A stretch of DNA of 63,573 nucleotides, counting the filler, from Octopus bimaculoides (taxonomy: Eukaryota): assembly GCF_001194135.2 (NCBI RefSeq). It is 5 parts of 5 records of this genome, joined end to end, with 100 filler letters (N's around TTAATTAATTAA, not from the genome) between each part and the next. Parts side by side here need not be neighbours in the genome. Positions count along the whole stretch, not along the records: positions 1 to 28,253 come from NC_068999.1; 4 more parts are not named here. One strand, written 5' to 3'. The translations under genes were made by a program, and so were the position numbers. Position 1 is the first letter of the stretch; the number at the start of each line of letters is the position of its first letter. Positions 12,548 through 22,531 of this stretch are shown piece by piece. The notes beneath the pieces are model-generated. The model worked only from the letters and a program-made list of their open reading frames with translations, was not told the origin of the DNA and did not search any database.

Positions 12548-14739
12548 GGCATAACTACAGAATTGTACCCCCCGACTTTGGAAGGTCATAATTTTCAGAA
12601 AAATGAATATTTTTTAATGAAATTTTCTATACTAATATTATTTATTATGTAGATTCCGAATATACAAAAATTTTCAGTGAAAGTGTTTTGGGAGGGGCGG
12701 GGGACAATTTTTGAGAAGTGTTCCCCACTCTGTGGTGTTTCGGAGCAAGTCATCTATATTTGTTTCATTTTTCTCTATTATGTGTGTATGTGCATCCGTA
12801 GATTTCTACTCTACACTGTCCGACTGGAAACCCTGAAACATCACAATTTTCACTTTCATTTTATTCTCTACCTGAGATCGCACTAAAATTTATTTTGTTA
12901 CCACTTTGGAAATTATCACACTAAAATTAAATTTATTCTGTTGCCACTTTGGGAGGTTTCAAGATGAATATCATGCAATGTCCTCCGTTTCGCTTATTAG
13001 ATTTGTTTGAAATCAGCCGTGACCAGGACCATCTAATTGAATGGCTGAAAACATATGGACTTTTAGCAGAAGCTCATGTCTGTGACTGTGGCCACAATTG
13101 TTCGTTTGTGAAATTTCCGCGACTTCAAGATAGGTATAGTTGGAAGTGCACTGCTTGACAGTGTTAAAAACGCTTTTCCATTAGAGAAGGATCGTTTTTC
13201 CAAAATAGTAATTTACCTTTAAGAACAATACTGCTCTTTCTGTATTAGTGGTCCATTGATGAACCCTTGCAGAAAATTATGCATGAGCTAAAAATTGCGA
13301 GTTGTTCCACTGTGGTGGATTGGGCCAATTTCTGCCGAGATATTCTGGCACAACACCTAATTGATAATCCATTAATGATTGGCGGCCCTGATGTCGTGGT
13401 TGCCATCGATGAGTCTAAATTTATGCACCGAAAGTATCGGCGGGGTGTGCACTATGACGGCACTTGGGTGTTGGGTGGAGTTGAATTGGACAATCCCACC
13501 AATTGCTTCTTATCTATATGCCCGGATAATAGCCGGTCCATGGATTCCTTGGGATCCATTATCCGGCAACATGTCTGTCCAGGGAGCATCATTTTCACAG
13601 ATGAATGGGCACATTATCGTAATTTGCAGCAGCAAGAGTTCCTGCATTTAACGGTAAACCACTGTTTCATTTGTTGATGAAGCCACAGGTGTACACACAA
13701 ATCATGTAGAAGGAATGTGGGTGCATGCTAAGCGCAAATATCGGCAACATCATGGTACCTCATCCGAGTTGTTTCCCACGTATTTAATAGAATTCATGTG
13801 GCGGAAGAGGTACTCCACTAGACAATTTGAGCACCTCTTTGCTCAAATTGCTGAGCAATACACATTTTAAATACATATATACATAACATATTTCTTTTTA
13901 AACAAACATTCTTAACTAATACAAGATTTTACATAAGATCAATGAAGAACACAAACATGTACTGAAACAGAGACTAAACTTATGTTATTTTGTTGGGATT
14001 AATCCACCTTTAAAGTGAAAAAAAACAAAACCGACGTATACGACAGGTATGTAAAATATATTTGTGTACTTTTTTCTCTGTTTATTCTTAATCTTCATGT
14101 TTTTGCAAGACTGAAAAAAAAAGTTCTGGAAAGCTAACATTTTAAAATTGTTGGGGAAGGGACAGGGTGCCTGCGCTGAGTCTGCCCTTTATAGTTTCTA
14201 TATTTAACCGTGCATGTATATTCCTATTTTTGCTTCTGTTCTCTTCTACTTCTCTACTAGAAACGTTTACTTTGGAATTTATGACAGCTTCTCTTCACTG
14301 CCTATTACTTCATTAGAAATCTACGAATGTACATAAGCACATAATAGAGAAAAATGAAACAAATATGGACAACTTGCGCCGAAACACCACCGAGTGGGGA
14401 ACACTTCTCAAAAATAACCTGCAGTTGTTTCGTTCAAAATTCCTACATGCTTGAAATGTACATACATCAAAGTATATTTNNNNNNNNNNNNNNNNNNNNN
14501 NNNNNNNNNNNNNNNNNNNNNNNNNNNNNNNNNNNNNNNNNNNNNNNNNNNNNNNNNNGTGGAATTTCCGAAAATTGTTCCCCCCACCCCCTCCCAAAAC
14601 ACTTTCACCGAAAATTTTTGTATATTCAGAATCTAAATAATAAATAATATATGCATAGAAAATTTCATTAAAAAAAATATTCATTTTTCTGAAAGTTATA
14701 ACCTTCCAAAGTCGGGGGGTACAACTCTGTAGTTATGCC
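12548..14739 (+). mobile_element. Bounded Merlin DNA transposon with long TIRs and 8-bp TSD
   Basis: The left end GGCATAACTACAGAATTGTACCCCCCGACTTTGGAAGG (12548) is the inverted repeat of the right end ...CCTTCCAAAGTCGGGGGGTACAACTCTGTAGTTATGCC (14739). GTCAATGT occurs at 12540-12547 and 14740-14747. The interior encodes an IS1595-type DDE transposase. Confidence 0.93.
12964..13870 (+). pseudogene. Merlin/IS1595-family DDE transposase, disrupted
   Basis: ORFs 12949..13158 and 13267..13677 plus the downstream frame read VCDCG...[63 protein letters not shown]...AEQYTF*. In-frame stops lie near 13156-13250 and a frameshift near 13670. Confidence 0.9.
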
Positions 14740-14773
14740 GTCAATGTTTTGTAAATATACCACGATTTTCAGT

Positions 14774-14989
14774 AGGGTGTTAGGGTTGGGATTTTAGGGT
14801 CAGGGTTACGATTTTAGGGTTATGGTTAAGGTTAGGATTTAGAGTTACGGTTAGGGTTAGGATTAGGGTTAGTGTTACGATTTTAGGGTCAGGGTTAGGG
14901 TTTTAGGGTTAGGGTTAGGGTTTAGGGTCAGTGTTAGGGTTAGTGTTAGGGTTAGGATTAGGTTTTGGGTTTTAGGGTTAGGATTGGGT
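14774..14989 (+). repeat. Degenerate (TTAGGG)n-like interstitial array
   Basis: Repeated ttaggg with variants tcaggg, ttagga, ttagtg and recurring ttacgattttaggg over about 215 bp. Confidence 0.85.
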
Positions 14990-15879
14990 AATTGTGGGGG
15001 TATTAATCTGAAAAATTACAGAAATGTGAAAACTACCGACCCTGCCATCTATTATAACTTTTGTTGTTCTGTTTAATATATACATAGATTATGCCTCCAA
15101 ACAAGACAGCTAGCTGGGGAAAGAAAGAAAGCAACCGGTTTAAAAAGACAGCATCAGACTGCAGCAAGTCACCACATTCCAGAAGCTACTTTGAACATAA
15201 TGCAAAATGGTGCATCAACATCTACTGCCCAATCTGATAGAATTCTGGCAAAACTGTGTAGCAACAGATCACCAGCAATTGCTTCATCAGAAATTGCCGT
15301 CCTAGCTCCTGCTAAAAGGGATTACCCTGNNNNNNNNNNNNNNNNNNNNNNNNNNNNNNNNNNNNNNNNNNNNNNNNNNNNNNNNNNNNNNNNNNNNNNN
15401 NNNNNNNNNNNNNNNNNNNNNNNNNNNNNNNNNNNNNNNNNNNNNNNNNNNNNNNNNNNNNNNNNNNNNNNNNNNNNNNNNNNNNNNNNNNNNNNNNNNN
15501 NNNNNNNNNNNNNNNNNNNNNNNNNNNNNNNNNNNNNNNNNNNNNNNNNNNNNNNNNNNNNNNNNNNNNNNNNNNNNNNNNNNNNNNNNNNNNNNNNNNN
15601 NNNNNNNNNNNNNNNNNNNNNNNNNNNNNNNNNNNNNNNNNNNNNNNNNNNNNNNNNNNNNNNNNNNNNNNNNNNNNNNNNNNNNNNNNNNNNNNNNNNN
15701 NNNNNNNNNNNNNNNNNNNNNNNNNNNNNNNNNNNNNNNNNNNNNNNNNNNNNNNNNNNNNNNNNNNNNNNNNNNNNNNNNNNNNNNNNNNNNNNNNNNN
15801 NNNNNNNNNNNNNNNNNNNNNNNNNNNNNNNNNNNNNNNNNNNNNNNNNNNNNNNNNNNNNNNNNNNNNNNNNNNNNNN

Positions 15880-15980
15880 CCATCCAGCGGTTCTTGAGAT
15901 ATCTTGTCCATGGACAAACAAACAAACAAACATGACTGAAAACAATACTTCCACCTTCACTAAGGTGGAGGTAATAAGGT
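15880..15980 (+). mobile_element. End of a non-autonomous element with (CAAA)n and a terminal hairpin (Helentron/HINE- or MITE-like)
   Basis: A (caaa)4 tract is followed by the palindrome TACTTCCACCTT-cact-AAGGTGGAGGTA (15946-15973) and then ataag. The rest is in the N gap. Confidence 0.4.
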
Positions 15981-16439
15981 AAGACTGTAATATACGTTTA
16001 TAAGGTATAAAGAAAGTTAAGAATATTTGTACATGCAAGTACGCACGCATACATGTACACACATACATATATGCATCCGTACATCATATACACAGAGACA
16101 GTCGCATATATTTACACATATACATACATCCACATGCACACACATATCTGCACATATACATAGGTACATTCACACATACATCTATGTATGTGTGTGTGTG
16201 TGTGCATATATGTGTGTGTGTGTGTGTTATGAGGGGTAATGGTGTCAAAAAGACCCAAAGGTGTCAGGTAATGCTGAGTAAGTGCTATGAACAGACTACA
16301 GTTAAGCTCCAGGTTCGGTGATTATGTGAACGAGGAGTCCAATGTAGGTCATATACTAGCATGCACATATATAAAAAATTAACAGAATGAGATAAAAATC
16401 CAAGGCTGTGTAAGATTTCAGAACATTTATAAAGAGAAG

Positions 16440-16487
16440 ATCTTACAGCTGTTTCCGAGATATTTTATATATCCCTTCATCAGAGAC
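16440..16487 (-). ncRNA. Minimal type I hammerhead ribozyme motif
   Basis: The minus strand reads GTCT-CTGATGA-A-GGGATAT-ataaa-ATATCTC-G-GAAA-C-agct-GTA-AGAT, giving the core boxes, stem II, a short stem III and a GUA cleavage triplet. Confidence 0.72.
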
Positions 16488-16760
16488 GGTGTGAGAAAAT
16501 GGTTACGCAATAGTTATTCTAGAGAAGATATAAAATAGAGTGTGAAGTGGAGGAATGAAAAGAGACGGGAGATATTCAGGGATATTTCACCTGCAGTTCC
16601 ATTATTTAAGCAGAATGGTATACATATAAGTTTCCTGTACCTTGTGTGTAAGTTCCAATAGTATTTAAAATTGGTCATTTCAAGCATAGAGTTTGTAAAC
16701 CATGTTATTGGATTGATCCAATTGCTTAACCATTTTATTGCTTAACCATTTTATTGCACC

Positions 16761-16808
16761 GTCTCTGATGAAGGGATATATAAAATATCCCAGAAACAGC
16801 TGTAAGAC
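16761..16808 (+). ncRNA. Minimal type I hammerhead ribozyme motif
   Basis: GTCT-CTGATGA-A-GGGATAT-ataaa-ATATCCC-A-GAAA-C-agct-GTA-AGAC. Stem I is GTCT/AGAC, stem II is a perfect 7 bp, and ACAGCTGT is palindromic. Predicted cleavage is after A16804. Confidence 0.8.
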
Positions 16809-17720
16809 CTTTTCTTTATAAATGTTCTGGATTTTTATCTCATTCTGTTAATTTTATATATATAAATTTAAATAACAAGGGTAACAAACTGAATGTTAAT
16901 TTGATTAATATCAATTTAAAACCAGTGGCCTAGCATATTGAAAAAAACTGAAGATTCAGAAAAAATTATGACAAGCTACGGACTATTACGTAAGTAATTT
17001 TGGTTGATGGCAAAACCGGTCTACAATTAATTCTTTATATTTTGTATATTTTCATTTGTCTTGCTCGCTTACGTTCTGGTGCTTGCTGAATTTTCTTGAG
17101 AACAATCTTTAGTGGTCAGATCGTTGGTGATCTTCTTCTAGCATAATGGATGTCCACTTAGTGGTATCTCTATTATATGTATNNNNNNNNNNNNNNNNNN
17201 NNNNNNNNNNNNNNNNNNNNNNNNNNNNNNNNNNNNNNNNNNNNNNNNNNNNNNNNNNNNNNNNNNNNNNNNNNNNNNNNNNNNNNNNNNNNNNNNNNNN
17301 NNNNNNNNNNNNNNNNNNNNNNNNNNNNNNNNNNNNNNNNNNNNNNNNNNNNNNNNNNNNNNNNNNNNNNNNNNNNNNNNNNNNNNNNNNNNNNNNNNNN
17401 NNNNNNNNNNNNNNNNNNNNNNNNNNNNNNNNNNNNNNNNNNNNNNNNNNNNNNNNNNNNNNNNNNNNNNNNNNNNNNNNNNNNNNNNNNNNNNNNNNNN
17501 NNNNNNNNNNNNNNNNNNNNNNNNNNNNNNNNNNNNNNNNNNNNNNNNNNNNNNNNNNNNNNNNNNNNNNNNNNNNNNNNNNNNNNNNNNNNNNNNNNNN
17601 NNNNNNNNNNNNNNNNNNNNNNNNNNNNNNNNNNNNNNNNNNNNNNNNNNNNNNNNNNNNNNNNNNNNNNNNNNNNNNNNNNNNNNNNNTATATATATAT
17701 ATATATATTATACAACAAGA

Positions 17721-18520
17721 TTTTATATCTTGGACATAGAGCTACCCAAACTATAGACACAGAGTGACCAGGGACAATTGTCGCACCTAGAAATGATAAC
17801 CGATCCAGGACCAGCAATATGGAAGAGGTATCCGCTATTCCCAGTAACACCACCACAGATGACCAAATAATTATCTCCGACACTGATGGGATGACCAGCC
17901 CCACATCATATGTTACCAGGGGTGTGATTAGGGCCACATCCCATGTTTATAAATAAATTGGATCTGCGAGTACTCCTTTCAAGTGACATTTTCTAAACAA
18001 CTAGTCATCCTTCAGAGTCCTAGAAAGATGGTTTGTCATGTCCTTGGCCTACCATGTGTGGCACCTCAAAGATCAAATGACTCCATGTGATATCAAGTGG
18101 AAAGTAATTAATCATCCAGGCCCATATATTAATGGAAGTGGCCATTGCAAGATCTGCATCATGGAGAGAGCCTAAATTCTTAAAGACTATACGAAACTTG
18201 GTACATTAAAAAGTCGCAAAGAAGTGTTTTCTAAATGTGTCCACTTCAAGCGCTACTTACTGGAAAATTGGATCTCCGCATTTGCTGGTTAGGCCTCTTT
18301 GGGGCTATAAGCGTTGTTTTTCTTCTATTACAAGGGAGATAACCCATCCTCATCGAGTTTTTTTTTTCTAAGATGTATTTCTCGACTTCTGAGTGTTTCC
18401 TCACGTCTACAACATAGAAGTTTTAAATTTCTGTCTTTATAGAGAGTCTGACAAGCTGTCCTCAAGGCTTTGGCTTTGTGGATGCGAAACCTTGGGTAGC
18501 TCTATGTCCAAGATATAAAA
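17721..18520 (+). mobile_element. Penelope-like element 3' part: degenerate GIY-YIG endonuclease and terminal repeat
   Basis: About 17950-18290 translates to IGSASTPFK...SLAYHVWHLKDQMTPCDIKWKVINHPGPYINGSGHCKICIMER...RKEVFSKCVHFKRYLLENW. An exact 28-nt inverted repeat links 17721-17748 and 18493-18520. Confidence 0.78.
18443..18503 (+). ncRNA. Decayed type I hammerhead-like motif
   Basis: AGAGT-CTGACAA-GCTGTCC...GGATGC-GAAA-CC-ttg-G-GTA-GCTCT. All three stems can form, but the core reads CTGACAA instead of CTGANGA, which is compatible with CpG decay. Confidence 0.5.
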
Positions 18521-18795
18521 TTTTGTTCTTACAATTGCTACTTTATTCTTTAGTGTATGCTTCTTTCTGATATAGGTTTTTTTAACTCTATATATATATT
18601 TAAAGGAAGAAGAAGAAAATGGAGATTGTGAAGTTAAGAAGTTTATTATCAACAACAAATCAAACATTATCCCTTACAACCATTTCAATTAAATATTAAG
18701 TTCATCGGACATTAAACGATGATGATGATGATTTCTGAACATAATATCTTCAGAGGGAAAAATATTATACCCTTAGATGTTTTATATGTTGGTGT

Positions 18796-20631
18796 GTCAT
18801 ACCCAATGACTGGTGTAGCAGCACCATAGTCAACTGCTACAAAGGTAAAGGTGACGCTTTAGATACAAATAATTACAGAGGTATCAAGTTGTTAGATCAG
18901 GTAATGAAAGTCACGTAGAGGGTCATAGCCCAACTAATTAGGGAGAGAGTCAGTTTAGATTTGTGCCAGGGAAAAGCACCACTGATGCTATATTTCTGGT
19001 AAGACAGCTGCAGGAGAAATACCTAGCCAAAGATAAACCTCTGTACCTGGCTTTCGTTGACATGGAGAAAGCCTTTGACAGGGTCCCCCGATCTCTTATC
19101 TGGTGGTCAATGAGGAAACTAGGGATAGAAGAATGGTTATTGAGAGCTGTGCAAGCCATGTACAGGGACACTGTCAGTAAGGTGAGGATTGGCAATGAGT
19201 ACAGTGAAGAATTCCAGGTAGAGGTAGGAGGCCACCAAAGTTCAGTCCTCGGCCCCTTCCTATTTATCATAGTCCTCCAGGCAATAACAGAGGAATTGAA
19301 GACAGGATGCCCCTGGGAGCTCCTCTATGCTGATGACCTTGCACTAATTGCTGAGTCACTATCACAATTAGAGAAGTTTCAGATGTGGAAGCAAGGACTG
19401 GAATCGAAGGGCCTTAGAGTCGACCTAGCTAAAACCAAAGTCCTAATAAGTAGGAAGGTAGACAAAACACAAACTCCTTCAGGTAGATGGCCTTACTCGA
19501 TCTGTTGAAAAAGCGTAGGTAGAAACTCCATAAGTTGTACCCAGTGTAAGCTATGAACACATAAGAGCTGCAGCAATATCAAAGGAAGGCTAACTAGCAT
19601 GATAGTTTTTGTATGTGGCAGATGCTCAGGAGCAATAAAAACTGAAAATGTACAGAAAACAACTTTGGCCACTTTGCAGGGAGAAAAACTAGACTTAGTT
19701 GATAGTTTCCGCTATCTAGGTGACCAAGTTAGTGGTGGGGGAGGGTGTGCTGAAAGTGTAGCTGCTAGAATAAGAATAGTCTGAGCAAAGTTCAGAGAGA
19801 TCTTACTGGTGACAAGGGGCCTCTCACTCAGAGTAAAAGGCAGACTGTATGACGCATGTGTACAAACAGCCATGCTACATGGCAGTGAAACATGGGCCAT
19901 GACTGCTGAGGACATGCGTAGACTCGCAAGCAATGAAGCCGGTATGCTCCAATGGATGTGTAATGTCAGTGTGCATGCTAGACAGAGTGTAAGTACCTTG
20001 AGAGAAAACTTGAACCTAAGAAGCATCAGTTGTGGTGTGCAAGAGAGACAATTGCGCTGCTATGGTCATGTGGTGAGAATGGATGAGGATAGCTATGTGA
20101 AAAAGTGCCACACCCTAGCAGTTGAGGGAACCTGTGGAAGAGGTAGGCCCAGGAAAACCTGGGATGAGGTGGTGAGGCACGACCTTCGAACACTGGTCCT
20201 CACCGAGGCAATGACTTCTGACCGACACCTTTGGAAATATGCTGTGCATGAGAAGACCCGGCAAGCCAAATGAGACCTAAATCCAAGGCCTCTGCCAGGG
20301 GTGTAGCCAGCCCACTTATGCGTACCTTCCTCATTGGACACTAAACTCCGCTTGCGAAGACCTGTTGAGGCAAGTGAAATCAAAATCGAACTAAATTCGA
20401 CGTCTGGCACCCATGCCAATGTCACCTCCTTCATTGGAGACTAAACTCGGCTTGCGAAGACCTGTTGGGGCCAGTGAAAGCAAAATCGTGATGGCACCTG
20501 TGCCCAGCGTCGCCTTCCTGGCACTTGTGCCAGTGGCACGTGTAAAGACATTCGAGTGAGATTGTTGCCAGTGCCGCTGGTTCATCAGTCCTCAGTCAAA
20601 CGGACGTTAAACGATGATGATGATGATGATG
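18796..20631 (+). mobile_element. RTE-clade LINE, 5'-truncated, with RT domain, 3' UTR and (GAT)n tail
   Basis: ORF 18963..19508 reads PGKSTTDAIFLVRQLQEKY...AFVDMEKAFDRVPR...LYADDLALIAES. ORF 19809..20273 continues the element. It ends GGACGTTAAAC(GAT)n. Stops and frameshifts are present. Confidence 0.95.
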
Positions 20632-20659
20632 TTTATGAATGCATTATAGCAGACTGAAC

Positions 20660-21990
20660 GAAACTATTTGTGGTTTATATTTTTACGTTGTTCGGACAAG
20701 GGGTTTGCAAGTTGGTTGGAGGTAAGATAGAGTAAGTGATAAATGAGTCATAGTGATAAATGAATAAATTAAATAGAGATGATAGAGGAAATTTCAATAT
20801 AAATAAGGTAAGGATAAGTAAAAATAAGCATATAACTAGTAATCCAACTATATATAAACAAAGAATTGATAATGATAACAAACCCCAAATTATTTCAAAT
20901 CAACCTCATAATAGCGAACATAATATTAGAAAAACCATTATTAAATTATCTCATAAACCCAAGATAAATTTTTTAAAAAAACCAATTTAAAATTATAATG
21001 ATCTCCACAATGATAAAAATATAATTAATAAACATATTGATATGAATAATCAATTAATTACCTCCAATACCAGTACCACTGCTAATCAATATAATGCCCT
21101 AAATTATAATATTAAACCAAACACTCATTTCATTAACTCTAACAAATCTAAAAGGGATTTCAAAATTCCTATAAACAACAATTACTATGATAAATCTAAT
21201 AAAATTTGGTTAATTATTCCATACGCAAAACAAATTAAAAATAACATTGTTAAATCTATATTTAAAGCCATTCAGAAATATTCTAACATCGATAATAGAT
21301 ATAGTGAAATATTAAACTACAAAACTGTCAAGATTGGTTTCAGCCTAACTCTTAACTTATTTACAATTATATCATCAATTAACAACAGGAAATTAAATAA
21401 ATTCCACACCAATAGAAATACCCATAACAATAATTCTACTAATTCCCCTAAACTTAAACTATATACCCCAAACTCCACTAACTCTAATACTAATGCACAC
21501 ATAACTCCCAATGATGGAACCATAATAACCCATACTAATCCTAGTAATACCAATTCTTCTAACAGATACACACATAATAACATTTATGAAACTTGTGACT
21601 AATTGTAAATTTAAGTATTCATGTAAAAGAAAAAATGTAGTCTATCAATGCACAGTTATAGTTCAGGGTAAAAGATATTTTTATATTGGCTTGACTGAAA
21701 ATAAAGTTAAGATTCGCACAGCCAATCATCTCCAACTTCTTAAAAATAAACAAAAAATCAACTCCACTGGATTAAGTAAATATATATGGGAATTAAAAGA
21801 TAATAATATTGAATTTAAAATTAAGTGGGATATCATTGCCTCCGCACTGGCTTATAAAGTCAGCAACAAAAGATGTAATCTTTGCATCACAGAGGTTTTT
21901 TTCATCCTTACCTCTAAGAATACCTAACTTAACTTGCAAAATGCGAAACATATTTCTTGTATTCACGCGGGAAAATATGTATTCTCTAAA
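20660..21990 (+). mobile_element. Penelope-like element 3' part with GIY-YIG endonuclease
   Basis: ORF 21586..21927 reads KNVVYQCTV...YFYIGLTENKVKIRTANH...TGLSKYIWELKDNNIEFKIKWDII...CNLCITE. It is preceded by the Asn-rich ORF 21042..21602. 20680-20815 is homologous to 11965-12095. Confidence 0.85.
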
Positions 21991-22085
21991 TTTAAGTAAT
22001 TGACTTATTATTCCTCTCACTGAAAAATTTGTATAATCCCTTTAACTCTTTAACTCCACTAATATAACTCATCTCCCACCCCTCA

Positions 22086-22495
22086 ACTCTTATTCTTTTA
22101 TTCTTTTACGTGTTTCAGTCATTTGACAGCAGGCATGCTGGAGCACTACCTTTAGTTGAGCAAATCAACCCAAGGACTTATTCTTTGTAAGCCTAGTACT
22201 TATTCTATTGGTCTCTTTTGCTGAACCACTAAGTTACGGGTACGTAAATGCACCAGCATCGGTTGTCAAGCGATGTTAGGGGGGACAAACACAGACACAT
22301 AAACATATACACACACATACATATATATATATATATGACAGGCTTCTTTCAGTTTCCATCTACCAAATCCACTCACAAGGGTTTGGTCAGCTTGAGGCTA
22401 TAGCAGAAGACACTTGCCCAAGGTGCCACGTAATGGGACTGAACCCAGAACCATGTAGTTGGTAAGCAAGCTACTTACCACACAGCCACTCCTGT
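22086..22495 (-). mobile_element. Full-length tRNA-derived SINE, family A
   Basis: On the minus strand, A-box-like TGGCTGTGTGGTAAG lies at 22488-22474 and B-box-like GGTTCAGTCCC at 22445-22435. There is an internal (TA)(TG) tract and a simple-repeat tail near 22086-22110. Confidence 0.88.
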
Positions 22496-22531
22496 ACCTA
22501 TACTTAACCATACTAACAATAATATTAATAT

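Larger units (their letters stand above)
12178..15330 (+). mobile_element. Possible Helitron-like host element into which Merlin copy 2 is nested
   Basis: tcttaatatataaagctgaagttgtgtgtctgtgtg at about 12185 resembles 5' ends of invertebrate non-autonomous Helitrons. After the Merlin and the TTAGGG-like tract, a broken ORF starts MPPNKTA...GKERKATGLKRQHQ at 15091, reminiscent of Helitron Rep N-termini. No Rep or helicase motif is visible. Confidence 0.3.
16360..16865. mobile_element. Penelope-like element terminal fragment with inverted partial LTR
   Basis: About 16365-16515 and about 16722-16865 are reverse complements of each other, with one ~18-nt deletion. 16390-16690 is homologous to 33910-34230. 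Each arm carries a hammerhead motif. Confidence 0.7.

Noticed and set aside
12949-13870. Bacterial IS1595 insertion or contamination
   Set aside because: The element is integrated with a TSD in eukaryotic repeat context and fits the eukaryotic Merlin superfamily. No prokaryotic gene organisation is seen nearby.
14774-14989. True telomere or chromosome end
   Set aside because: The array is short, highly degenerate and has ordinary sequence on both sides.
22435-22493. tRNA gene suggested by A- and B-box-like motifs
   Set aside because: I could not build a cloverleaf, and the motif continues into a multi-copy SINE body.
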